NCBI GenBank assembly: GCA_051941275.1
Contig: JAVEBF010000064.1
Location: 1-36,190, forward strand
Direction: 5' to 3'
Source of the DNA: Dirinaria sp. TL-2023a
Taxonomy: Eukaryota
DNA: 36,190 bases
Program-made: the position numbers and the translations under genes
Notes under the pieces: generated by a model
Database searches by the model: none
What the model was told of the DNA's origin: nothing
The model's input: the letters and a program-made list of their open reading frames with translations, nothing else
Part shown: positions 12,445-23,446 of the stretch, piece after piece
Numbering within the stretch: the stretch's first letter is position 1
Layout of the letters: every line of letters starts with the position of its first letter

Positions 12445-13632
12445 ATGCGATTCAGCCAACAGCTCTGCGCGGCCACCGCCTTTGTAGCAGTTGCTTCTGG
12501 CTCACCTTTCGAGAAGCGCAAATCGACCTTTAGCGTCCAACAGACCGTGCCAAAGCCATTCATCAAATCTGGTCCAGCAGCGGTGCTCTCCGTCTATGCT
12601 AAGTATGGCGGGACCCCACCCCAGGATGTCGTTGATGCGGCAGCGTCGAACGACGGTACGGTGACAACTACCCCGGAACAGTATGATTCCGAGTATTTGA
12701 CTCCAGTAAGCATTGGAGGCCAAACTTTGAACCTGGATTTCGACACCGGGTCTTCCGATCTCTGGGTCTTTTCATCCGAGCTTCCCGCCAACGAGCGAAG
12801 CGGGCATTCCTACTACACCCCGTCCAGTTCCTCTACGTCAAAGCTATTATCGGGTTACACGTGGAGCATCTCGTATGGTGATGGCAGCGGAGCTAGCGGC
12901 AACGTCTACACCGATACTGTGAAGGTTGGGGCAACGACAGTCACCGGCCAAGCCGTGGAGGCGGCAGAATCTATCAGCGCACAATTCCAACAAGACACGG
13001 ACAATGACGGCCTGCTTGGCCTGGCTTTTGATTCCATCAACACAGTCAAGCCAAACAAACAGAAGACGTTCTTCAGCAATGCCAAGCCGACCCTTGATGC
13101 CCCCCTCTTCACTGCCAACTTGAAAAAGGGAGCGCCAGGAACTTATGACTTTGGCTACATCGATTCGAGCAAGTACACTGGCAGCATCACCTACGTGCCC
13201 GTCAACACCGCCAACGGATTTTGGGAATTTACTTCGAACGGCTATGCGGTCGGTTCGGGAGCATTCACTTCCGAGAGTATTGATTCCATCGCGGACACGG
13301 GAACCACTCTGCTTTACCTCCCCACCGACGTCGTCAGCGCCTACTACGCCAAGGTCTCAGGTGCCAAGTACAACTCGAACCAAGGTGGCTACACGTACCC
13401 ATGTTCCTCGACTCTTCCCAGCATCACGCTCGGAATCGGATCGTACAAGGCCGTTGTCCCGGGTAGCTACATCAACTACGCCCCCGTCAACAGTGCCACC
13501 TGCTTCGGTGGCATCCAGCGCAACACGGGCATTGGCTTCAGCATTTTCGGCGACATCTTCCTCAAGTCGCAATTCGTCGTTTTCAACGGCGCCAGCAGTC
13601 CGCAGCTCGGGTTCGCCGCAAAGGCTACATAA
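12445..13632 (+). CDS. pepA: Secreted aspartic protease (peptidase A1; aspergillopepsin/penicillopepsin/endothiapepsin type), intronless, 395 aa
   Basis: Hydrophobic signal peptide, KR dibasic site, propeptide, two catalytic motifs ([19 protein letters not shown]), flap ISYGDGS and IFGDIFLK. Confidence 0.93.
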   Translation: MRFSQQLCAATAFVAVASGSPFEKRKSTFSVQQTVPKPFIKSGPAAVLSVYAKYGGTPPQDVVDAAASNDGTVTTTPEQYDSEYLTPVSIGGQTLNLDFDTGSSDLWVFSSELPANERSGHSYYTPSSSSTSKLLSGYTWSISYGDGSGASGNVYTDTVKVGATTVTGQAVEAAESISAQFQQDTDNDGLLGLAFDSINTVKPNKQKTFFSNAKPTLDAPLFTANLKKGAPGTYDFGYIDSSKYTGSITYVPVNTANGFWEFTSNGYAVGSGAFTSESIDSIADTGTTLLYLPTDVVSAYYAKVSGAKYNSNQGGYTYPCSSTLPSITLGIGSYKAVVPGSYINYAPVNSATCFGGIQRNTGIGFSIFGDIFLKSQFVVFNGASSPQLGFAAKAT

Positions 13633-14309
13633 GGGCCGGTAAAGGAGACCCGGGGGAGCGGGGTTCATGGGGGGGATGGAGAGGAGTGAGCGGAGCGGAT
13701 CATGTACCACATCATTGTTCATAGCGCCGCGCGCTGCTCTTGGCATGCAACCAGAACATCCGCCTTTTCGCTGGGTCACGCAAGTATAGCTTTTGGTGCT
13801 TCTTTCCATCGCTGGTGCTGTATGTGTATGTACGTTCATTCATGCAGATCAGCTTCCCTTAGCTGCCTATTTAGCATCCCAATCTCCATCCAGTCACCGA
13901 ATAACAAGAAACACTATTGTGAACCCGCAATTTCCAAGCAAAATGATTGAATAAAGATACCATCACAACTGGCATCCAGAACTAAGTAGGTATGTCCATA
14001 CATACATCAGGTAGCTCCTGGTCATCTGTTGGCAAAATCTCGTTATCGGCCAGCACACCTGCCCAAAAGGGTTTGTGGGCATGGGGCCCGAGCCTTCGGT
14101 TGATACACCCTTATCTCACGGTTCTCACCTCACCTTAGCCCATCAAATTGCCGGTAAGGTTCGGACCTGGCCCGTCCACCCGCCAAGCCGCCAAGCGACC
14201 GAGGATTAGGAAGGGAGAGACCCCCTTTTCCTCTCTCTCAAAAGTCCGTCACTCCGTCTGCTTTTCCTTTTTAGCTTTCCGCAGAAAAAACGGCCGTGCA
14301 TTGCTGCTC

Positions 14310-14320
14310 AGGTAAGGTAA
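14310..14320 (+). promoter_or_regulatory. Recurrent intergenic motif AGGTAAGGTAA, copy 2 of 3
   Basis: Exact match to 4720 and 29578, with GACCGAGG at 14197. It lies between the convergent pepA and YPI1 genes. Confidence 0.5.
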
Positions 14321-15429
14321 GGCACTTTTCATGCAAGCCACGCGGATCATCAGCAACCTTCACAAGAAAAAAAAAAAAATGACGGGGAACATCAGATCTC
14401 TGCTTGCGTCTTTTTCCCCGTGTGCCACCACCACTACGGAGTACCACCAACACCACTAGGAGCTCAAATGGCGTCACTGGCTGGTACGGGGAAGTTGCCC
14501 CATGGAGGCTTCAACCCTACATTACAATGACTGTGAAGGGTTTGGCATTTGTAAATCGTGGGAATCAAAAAGAAAACAATGGTGGTGGGATTCCTCCGAG
14601 AGGGTTGCGACTTGCAAAGGACTTTTGTCTACATGACTGTCCAATAGAAGCTTCGTACTAGTCTTCCCCAGATATCTGACTCGTATTGTCTGGCCCCTGA
14701 CCAAACCTCCCCTCCCCCTCATTCTTTCCACACGTTCTGTGGACCGCTAATAGACACATCTTCCCCCCTCACGGACCAAAAGCATACTATACTCTAGATA
14801 ATGTCAATCCTGCATTTGACCCAGATCTTGGAGGAACCGATATAATCCATGTTCATGAGCCGGCATCCGTTGCACAAGCTTGGCTCTTTGCCGACTGGTT
14901 TTTGGCGCGCTTCGCGGCAAGTTCAATCAAGCATTGCATTTGCAGGTAGTTTGGTATACATAGTGCTAGATCCTGCAGCGATGCAGATTCTTAGATTCTG
15001 CTGTGTTTTTTCCCGTCTTTGGGGGCGGAAGTGGGTGTTAGTCAATTCTTTTGCAAATGGTCAGATTTTGACTAGCTTGATAGGAAGGGTGGATGAGAGA
15101 AGATACGAGGTCAATGGTGCAATGTCCCGTGAGGATGGCTCGCTTTGCACGTGAACGACGATCGATTGACAAATGCAAGAAAGGGAGGGGGGGCAACAGG
15201 ATTCAAAAGTCGTGACGTCGTGCCAAAGGGGCGTTGAATGAGTTCAAAGCTCAGCATGTTCAAGCCGCTGAGGCTCATGCGAAGTCCGATACAACCCACC
15301 GGCACGCTTGGGACCTCTCTAGCTTAGGTCTTGCAAATGAAATTTCTCCGCGGAATCCTATGTTCGAGAGCTCGAGGTTTTTGTTTGTTTGTTTGGTTTT
15401 GTGTTTTTGTCCTTGACTGACTCATGTTC

Positions 15430-16078
15430 TCAGGACTTGAGACCTTCCACTCCACCACCTTTAGGCTTAGGTTGAACCTCATAAGCATTTTGCCTCCGAC
15501 CTTTGCTCTTGCTACCATGGCTTCGACATCCGTCTTCGCCGTCATGGTCATGCCCGTTGTCCTTCCTTTTCTCTCTGCCTTTGCCGCCCATCTTTGCGCG
15601 GTCATCATCACCGCCTCGGTCGTCCAATTCTGAATCGGATTCTGATGAAGAAGAGTCCGAAGATGATTCAGAAGAAGATTCGCCTACTGCGTGAGGTGCG
15701 TGGTAAATACAGCAAACTGGGGATCCCAAAAGATTGTCAGTAGGCGAGGCCAATATCAATTTTTTTCCCCTCGGCCAATCCCTTTAGAATTTCTCTAGAT
15801 ACCTTCTTCCCCTAGCAAGATCCCAACAAATATGAAAACGAAGACGAACCTTTGGACCTTTTCCTTCCCAATCCCTCGTTATCGATCACATCTTCCGCCC
15901 ACTGTATTCTCCTGTCCTCATTTGCCGCAGTTGCGCGGAGACGAAGCGTGCCAGCCGGAACAGCAATGCGAGGCTGGGATGGAGCTCTGGCTTCTGTCTG
16001 AGTCTGTGTAGGTGTGCCGGAAGCAGGTTGGCGGTAGTGATGGGTCGATGCATGGGGCTGTGACAGCGTTGGAGGCAT
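15430..16078 (-). CDS. YPI1: Protein phosphatase 1 regulatory subunit Ypi1 / inhibitor-3 (PPP1R11 family), ~171 aa
   Basis: Exons 16078-15850 and 15716-15430 across a 133-nt intron (GTTCGT..CTGAC..CAG). Contains the RVxF-type RIQWAEDVIDNEGLGRKRSK, VCCIYH, a Ser/Asp-rich tract and NAYEVQPK. Confidence 0.93.
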
Positions 16079-16871
16079 CTTCTTGTTGCAATGTAGACCC
16101 GGGTTTCTCTTTGATGGTGGCTTAGTGGGGAGTAGATTAAGCTCTATCGTGATAATCTATCGGTAGTTGGAGAGTAATTGACTACGGTACGTCTTGAGGA
16201 GAGATTGAGGTCTCGTATTTTAGGTTTGCGAGCTGCAAACAAAACTCCGAGCGCGGAAATGTACGGAATTCGGAGGTATGTTATTTTGAGTGAGCACGTC
16301 CCTGCCAAGAACAAGTCGCTCGGTCCGGCTTTCCTTGGTGAGATGCCTCTCACCCTTGGGTATCTGTATTCATTCAGTACTTTACTCTCCTCCAGCAGGG
16401 TGCTCATTCCAAGCAAAACCGCACCGATGAACTGACGACGGACTAGCGCACCGTTGAAGCTCTAAAGTATGGTTGAACAGGCAAATCGTAAATTCTGGAA
16501 AGACTCAAAAACAACTGCAAAGAGCGATTGAACCCTAACCCTGAAGCATTGAACGATCCCTCGTGTGGTCGGCATTAAGGGAAATTACTTTACATAAGGT
16601 ACGGAGGTCGACACCATAAGTCCTGGCTAGCGCGGTCAATGCTACAGGTGGGGTCAACTGAAAGTCGCCTGGGGGACTACCTAATATTATCACCCGAGCC
16701 TTCCAATTTGTTACCTAGGCTCTGCAAAGTCTACCTGTAGTCACCTGGACGACTGGTCTTGGCGTACATGACGCTAGCCAGGAATTATGGTGTCGTCCTC
16801 CGTAGACGAGATTGATTAAAGTAAGGTAGGCCTCGGAATCAGCCGAGACACAATACCTAATAACTACTTAT

Positions 16872-17334
16872 CTATCTCCTTATGTACTTGTACCAAGTGA
16901 AGATCGACGCTCTACTTTTAAAACAGTCTATCCCTAAGGTAGTCAATAATAATGCAATCTCTTCTCGATAGCTTTTATGGGGACACACAGGATATACCGG
17001 CCCCATCTCAGCTCGCTCGAACATGGGCTCTTCCTCTCGGATCAGATGTAACAAGGTCAGATCCATGGGTTGGAGCTGCCTGACCACCTCGGTTACAGTA
17101 CCGTAGTTCACCACACACTCAGCTCCTCGATGAACCACTATGAAATGGAGATTGAACTGTTAGCCAGGAATCATTGTAATGTGGTTCCATGCTGTGGAAT
17201 CAACTGCTGTGCTCCTTCGAAGTATTACCTTAACAGGAAAGATCCGGATAAGCAGAGTCTAGTAATTCCAGCCTGCTTCCTGTCAGGCTGTCAGCCTCAG
17301 ACTTCAGCCTGAGCAGTCACTTCATTATTCTCAT
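16872..17334 (-). pseudogene. Candidate spliced pseudogene or lncRNA, divergent from the 17498 gene
   Basis: Intron-like 17228-17138 (AAG|GTAATA..GCTAAC..pyrimidine tract..TAG) joins an upstream ATG frame (17334) to ORF 17138-16872, but that frame has stops at 17319 (TGA) and 17232 (TAA). No family recognised. Confidence 0.25.
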
Positions 17335-17497
17335 CACAGCAACTGCAAGCCCCACAAGCTTGCAGAGTATCTCAGTTAACTTCTTTCTAGGTAGTCTGCA
17401 TACTCTTCTCTATCAATTCTCATCATCTGTAGTAGAGCAGGATCGATCCCTTAGTTCCTTGCCTCAAAAAGAGTTCCCCATCCAACACAATCCAGTC

Positions 17498-18484
17498 ATG
17501 CCTCCCCAACACCGACCCCCTCTCGAATCCGCCATCGAGAAGAGTCTCCTCTCCCACCTCCCCGCCGAGGTCCGCACACAAATCTACGCGGCCCTCCTCA
17601 CCCAATCCTTAGAGCTACTCATCTCACAAAAGCGATTTATCCCGCGTTCCGCGCCCACAGCCCTCTTCCCAGACCGGTGTATGCACTGCTCGTGGCATAT
17701 CTCAGCCTGCATCTGCAGCAGCGAAGAAGGCAGCACGGGCTCCGAATTCTTCTACCCGGCGAACCCGCACCGACTGCCCACGCGATCCATCTCCCCCACG
17801 ATCCTCACAACCTGCAGGCTGATCTACCGCGAAGCCGCCCCGCTGCTGTACCGGGGGAACCGGTTCCACTTCGTCGACCCGACGGTCATCCGCCTGTTCT
17901 GCGATAGAGCCGACCAGCGCCACGTCGCGCTCATCGAGGACCTGACGCTGACCGTGCACAGCCAGCGGCGGATCTCGGCGTACAAGTGGGAAGACTACGT
18001 TGTGCTGCGCACGCGGCGCCTTCAGCTCGCCCAGTGCCTGCCGCACCTGCGATCCGCCGTTGTCCGGCTCCGGGGCACCTTCGAGACCGCGGGCGAGGGC
18101 GCCCAGGCCGGCATCTGCGCGGGACTGGCCCGCAACCTGCCACCGCTGGAATGGCTGCACGTGGACGGGCTGACGGATCCGGATGCCGTGGCCGAACTCA
18201 AGAGTGTCGTGGCGAAGCCCAGGCAGGGCGAGCTCGACAGGAAAGAGGTGCGGGAGCATTGGAGCCGCACCTGGTCTAGGGACGGCTGGATCAATGTCAC
18301 GCTGTGGTGGGGCAATCCGGGGGAGGAGCCGCCGTATAGGTCTCCTTGCGAGCCGTGGCCGATCGGTCTCAAGCGGACATTGCAGCGGCGGGCGGGTGGC
18401 AGTAGAGGGCATGCAGTGACGGAGGAGGTGTTGCCGTACGCTTCAGGGGTAGGAGGGACGAAGGCCGCCTCGGGGTTTTTGTGA
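17498..18484 (+). CDS. Hypothetical protein with an F-box-like/DUF7730-type N-terminus, intronless, ~328 aa
   Basis: Contains SLLSHLPAEVRTQIYAALL and ILTTCRLIYREAAPLLYRGNRFHF, typical of a large fungal family, and shows strong C/G bias at third codon positions. ATG 17498 is preferred over the TTG-called 17360 start. Confidence 0.75.
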   Translation: MPPQHRPPLESAIEKSLLSHLPAEVRTQIYAALLTQSLELLISQKRFIPRSAPTALFPDRCMHCSWHISACICSSEEGSTGSEFFYPANPHRLPTRSISPTILTTCRLIYREAAPLLYRGNRFHFVDPTVIRLFCDRADQRHVALIEDLTLTVHSQRRISAYKWEDYVVLRTRRLQLAQCLPHLRSAVVRLRGTFETAGEGAQAGICAGLARNLPPLEWLHVDGLTDPDAVAELKSVVAKPRQGELDRKEVREHWSRTWSRDGWINVTLWWGNPGEEPPYRSPCEPWPIGLKRTLQRRAGGSRGHAVTEEVLPYASGVGGTKAASGFL

Positions 18485-18867
18485 AGAAGGTATGATTGAA
18501 CAGCGATGCAATTGTTGAACAGACGATAGCGGTAGGATTACTGAGGATTACTTTTCTTCTTATATCCGAATCCGAAAATGGTTCACCGACATTCGCGGGT
18601 TCCACGATGAATATTAACGGTGCGTTGATGTGTACCCTTGACATTACAATTGCAAGGCTCAAGTACCTATGTGATTACGAAATCCTAGCCATACTTCGGT
18701 TCGGCCCAAGCGTTTTGCCTAAGCCCGTTTCTACATTAAGGATACTCGCTGGAACCGCAATACCAATGTATACTTCTCGCATGCACTTGGACTTTCAAAA
18801 AAAGAAAAGCCCACGATACCGCGCCGAATGCCATGCCGCTACAGATTGCCACCCATGAAGCAGTCGC

Positions 18868-21800
18868 TCACATCTCCACAGTGTCATTGAAGCGAAGAAC
18901 GCCATTGCCCCTGAGAATGCCGTCCACACCATCGGGTATTCGGTAGGGAAGGGCAGTGGTAGTAGCACTCCGTTGCATTACCGGTGGGGGAGTCTCCTCG
19001 GAGGCATCAGTGACCAGTACCAGGCCGGCGGTTTTGATTGCGTCGATCAGTGCCGGGACGAGTCTCTGATTGAAATCAAGTTTAGCGAATTACATAGTTG
19101 GCGTAAGGAAAGAGGAAAAAACCTGCGGCTTACCAGGAGTCCTGAGTTGCACACCAGTCCCATGAAATTGTTGCTCTGCGCTATTCGTACGGCCTCTTTG
19201 ATCGACATCGAACCGTGCCCGCTACTCTGTATTACAGAACCGGTTGAAGATTGGCCACGCTTGGCTCCGAGGTCATTGCATAGTACGACGGGATCTAGTG
19301 CACATTCAGCATTCCTAGATTTATCATTATGCTTTGACTGAACTCACAATTTGGTTGCTTCCAGTTTAGCGCAGTACATAGATCCGCATTGTAGGAAGTG
19401 AACACAATCGACCTCATGAAATCTGGAGACTGCTCCTTGGTCTGACGAGCGTGGTCGAAAACATCGTTCAAGATAGCATCGGCAAAGTCGTTGATGCTAG
19501 GGTTTGGGCTAAGGCCAAACTTTCGTTCTTGGGATACTGTAGGATAGAGTACCTGGATATTTATAGGTATACTGTTCGGCAAGTATGCCAGGACATCTTT
19601 CAGAGAGACGAACGAAGCGCAAAGAGTGCGGTGGATATCAGCAATGTCAACCACGGTTTTATTACGTAGCGTACGGAGGATTTCATCAATATGGCCTTTC
19701 TGAGACCGTAGCCAGATATACTGCTGGTAAGACAGTCGACAAATGGGCACTTCTATTCCTTGGTGATTAATGGACCAAGTCGGATACAGCACAGGGACTC
19801 CGTCACTAGTCAGTTGAATGAACAATTGTACGTAATCGCCTGATAGACTGGACCCAGTGATAAGGTCATTCGGATGCATATCGAGTTGACTTGTCGCTTT
19901 CCAGTAGGTAGCAAATTGTGTAATTTCCAAGGGTATACCGTGGAATGGCTTGATGACCTGAAAGTCGAAATTGATTTGCCCAATCGCGCGTAACCTTGGG
20001 TCAAACAAAGGCAAGCAGCAATGGCCTGAGCTGCTTGATACAGCACTGAATATCTCCGGCAAAGCCACACTCTTAGCAATCACCTTGGAACCAAAAGTAG
20101 GGAATATCTCAAAGTCGACAGCAAAAGATTCCAAGCTGTCGACCTGAAACGATATGATTCTCCAGTCTTCCTGAATCGGTATCATAATGTTTCGAGGTAT
20201 AATATCCGATGACTTAGGAGAGATCGTCAAGCGGGCTGCAGGGTACTTGCTGTCATGGTAGAAGGAGATTGGATCCGAACCTGCTGCATCGAAACCGATC
20301 TGTACGAATGTCTTGGTATCGAGAAAGCTGTGGCCGTACCTTCTCAAAGGCATGATTGGAGGAGGAAGAGACAGGTCGGGAATACCGTCGGCGTCCAGGA
20401 CGGGAGGATGTGATGAGGTTGAGGTTGGGATCGGGGACAATATAGACCTTGATAGTCCCGAAGTTGAAGTGCCTGGATGTACAATTCCTGCTGAACTAAG
20501 TCGACTCATGCACTCCAGATGCCCTTCCCAGGTTGCATAATACAGAGCGGAAAGGCCCTTCTCATCTAAGATTGTTACATCAACCTTACGGCTCAACAGC
20601 GTCTCCAAGCATTCAACACGGCCTTCTGCTGCCGCGTGAAAGATTGGTGTCCACTGATAAAGTTTGTCACGTTGATTCAAGTCTGCTCGGTAGTGTTCGA
20701 GCATTGATAAAGCTTCGGGATTTGTACCGGCCCTTGCAACCAGATGCTGTGGGAATAGGCCTTCTGCATCAGGTAGTAGTTTTGCCCTGTTCTCGAGCAA
20801 CAACTTTGCAATATTTATAGAACCGTACTGGCAGGCCAAATTGAGTGGTACGTGATCCGCATCGCTATCTGGATCTATGCGGGCACCATAGGTCAGGAGC
20901 TGCTGCACGCAACGCATTTCATGGTGGACGACTCCGTGGATCAAAGGGGTGAAGTTATCATGATCCTTATCATTGATGGTGCTTGGGTCTTCTTGGAGAA
21001 GCGAATTGACCATCTCAACGTGACCATGTATGCACGCGTAGTGAAGAGGTAGCCTGCCGTAGACATCGACCCGATTCACATCAACGTTCTGCTCAAGCGC
21101 AATCGCGAGCACCAGGCTTCGACCGGAGATGGCAGCCTCATGCAAGCAATTTCTCTCATTAATGTCGTCTTCCGCGTGCAAATCTATGAGACCACTTTCC
21201 AGCAAGATTCGTAATGGCTGTCCAGTAGCGTCTGGTATTGCAGCTAGGAAGATGCGTGTAAATCTTCCTTGAGCGTCGATGGTACCTCTCAATCGCTCAA
21301 TCCAGTCTTGGAGCACTTCCGTGTGTCCAGTGTTTACCGCTTGCAAAATCTGCGAGTCGGTGTCGTTCTCATCGGTACCTATTGGCTGACCGCTGACGGT
21401 GTGCTCGACAGGCCTACTGGAATCATACTGGACCCCTTCTCCTTCAACCCATGCCCCAAGTTCTAGCAGGCTGGTAGTTGCCTGGTCAGAAAGGTCACTG
21501 ATGATGTCGCGGTTGAAGCATGGCTGGACCTCGACGGCCCGAGATAAGTAGAGTTCTTTTGTCTTCGACTGTGGATGGAGTCAGCCGAAGCTGAGCGACG
21601 AGAAGCTAGAATCACTGGACCTTGGAGGTTTTGTCCCACTAAGAGAGCGTCAACGAGGTAGATGGCGTTCGTGCAAACAATTGGCTACCTTCTTGAGTAT
21701 CTTGGAGAATGCGGTTGCGTTGATCTCCACGAATTGCTTTTATGTGCTTCAGCATTATTATCTAGCCTGCTGCAAGACTTTTCTCACTTGCAACTTGTTG

Positions 21801-22457
21801 AGATCATTCCCGAATTGTTGGAAGCCTTCTTCCAGAGTGACAAATGTAGCCGACAGCTTTGACGGTGCATTCCGTGCTTGCATCACCCGCTTCTTGTCCA
21901 GAAGAGTCTTCAGTCGAAGTTTTAGCTGTGAAGACGGTGAGTAATGCATCGATCTGTCAGTCACCAGGGCCTACCTCTGCTTCTTTGTGAAGATAGAACG
22001 CGTTGACTTTTTCAAGTTCTCGCTCCTAGCAGAGCGATGAGTATGGTCCTAACAGTACCCCGAGATCTGGTCTCACTCACCAACCTAAAGAAAAAGGTAG
22101 CTCTGTTGGCCTCCAAAGATGCTTGTGGGTCTGGAACCCGGGGACCCGTGCTGGAGGCATTCTGGGCCAACAGGGTCGGTGTTGCACTCAGCTGCTTGAT
22201 GAGCTATAGACTGTCAGTGCCATGTTTGGTCCAAAGGAGCCCAATCCATGCCAACCTTCTTGAGGGATTTATAATTAACGAAGCATGTCGCGTATTCTGG
22301 TATATCAAGCTGGCGTTTCTGGAGGTGTTTGCCGAATTTCCTGAATGTGGTGGCCTGTCAACGATTGAAACTGGTACAGACAATGGCCCCCAATGATTCT
22401 TCGATAAGAGGGAAGAAGAAGTGGTACAAGGGAAGAAGGCATGGTGTTGACCCACAT
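18868..22457 (-). CDS. nuc-2: SPX-ankyrin-GDPD-like phosphate-sensing CDK inhibitor (NUC-2/Pho81), ~1014 aa
   Basis: Ten exons: 22457-22456, 22340-22256, 22203-22081, 22025-21975, 21925-21788, 21736-21689, 21638-21621, 21568-19348, 19294-19134, 19065-18868 (3045 nt, in frame). SPX motifs MKFGK, NYKSLKKLIK, ELEKVNAFY, INATAFSKILKKWDK; ankyrin repeats; a degenerate GDPD domain ending GVLRFNDTVEM. Confidence 0.93.
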
Positions 22458-22915
22458 TGTCTCACCCAGTCACTAGCGTTGTGCCTGTCTAATCAGTGGT
22501 TTGGTGTAGACGATGGTCCAAAAGGGGTGAGCTGATTGGAGCAGAGCAGGAGAAAACCATGGACAGGAGATCAAGAGCCGTGAAAGCGGCGGTCAAAGGC
22601 AGCCATAGATGCAGGGTCGGCAGTTGCCCACAGCAGCACTGTCGTAATTCGGTGGACACGCCTGGTTGTTGAAGCCTATCAGTTCGCTTGCCACATAATG
22701 AATCATATTATCACGAACACATACGGTCGTGTGCGGAGAGGGGAAGAAGGGGCCAAGAAACATTTACCTGGAGGCGCATGAATCGACAGAATACTTGTAA
22801 GACTTACGTTTACCTGACTTATTATTACAGTGATACTTACTTCCCTATCAGTAGAGGCACCTTATTCTCTCCGCAGGTCCACCATTGATGTCACCAATCA
22901 ATATTGCTGTTTTGC

Positions 22916-22923
22916 GCACGTTT
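22916..22923. promoter_or_regulatory. Pho4/NUC-1-type bHLH site GCACGTTT
   Basis: Low-affinity Pho4-type CACGTT core about 460 bp upstream of the nuc-2 start. A single hexamer could be chance. Confidence 0.35.
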
Positions 22924-23446
22924 TATCCCAACGCCAAGCAAGTGGCTTCATAGTCCGTCAGCGGGTACGAAAACCTAAGGCAAAAAACCTGTCTCGACGC
23001 CTAATAATGTCCCAGCGCTTCTGTAGGCCTTCTCACAGCCTCATCTTGAAGCAATGGTCTGTTTACGTATCGATTAGGTGGGTCAATTATTAAGGTAGCT
23101 TCGGTGAGGTGCTAAGTAATAAATGTAGAGCGATATATACACCATCCACGATCCTATGACACGAATCTGCATGTGGTCCCATAACCCCAGCTTCGAAGTA
23201 GACACGAGACGAGGAATAGCCTAGGGGAATGTGCGTACAAGATGGTATTAAACTTGCTAAGCAAGCAACGCCCCCGTCTGGTCGACTGGCAGCTGGGTAA
23301 ATCTTAACACCTTGGTAGAAAGGGATTCAAAACAAAGGAGCGTGCAGGACAATGTCCAAATATATGCACAGGATCATAGAGAACTGCCCAACATCCGTAT
23401 AGATCGACCCAACAACGCCAGGAGAGGACCCCATCCGAACACCGTC

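Noticed and set aside
14150..14180. tRNA-like GGTTCGGACC (T-loop/B-box resemblance)
   Set aside because: No acceptor, D or anticodon arms could be paired around it.
17702..18412. 236-aa antisense ORF and other overlapping ORFs
   Set aside because: Shadow frames caused by GC-rich codon usage of the plus-strand gene; no recognisable motifs.
22797..22830. Plus-strand intron-like GTAAGA..CTGAC..CAG upstream of nuc-2
   Set aside because: Only 34 nt, shorter than any supported intron here (44 nt minimum), and not linked to an ORF.
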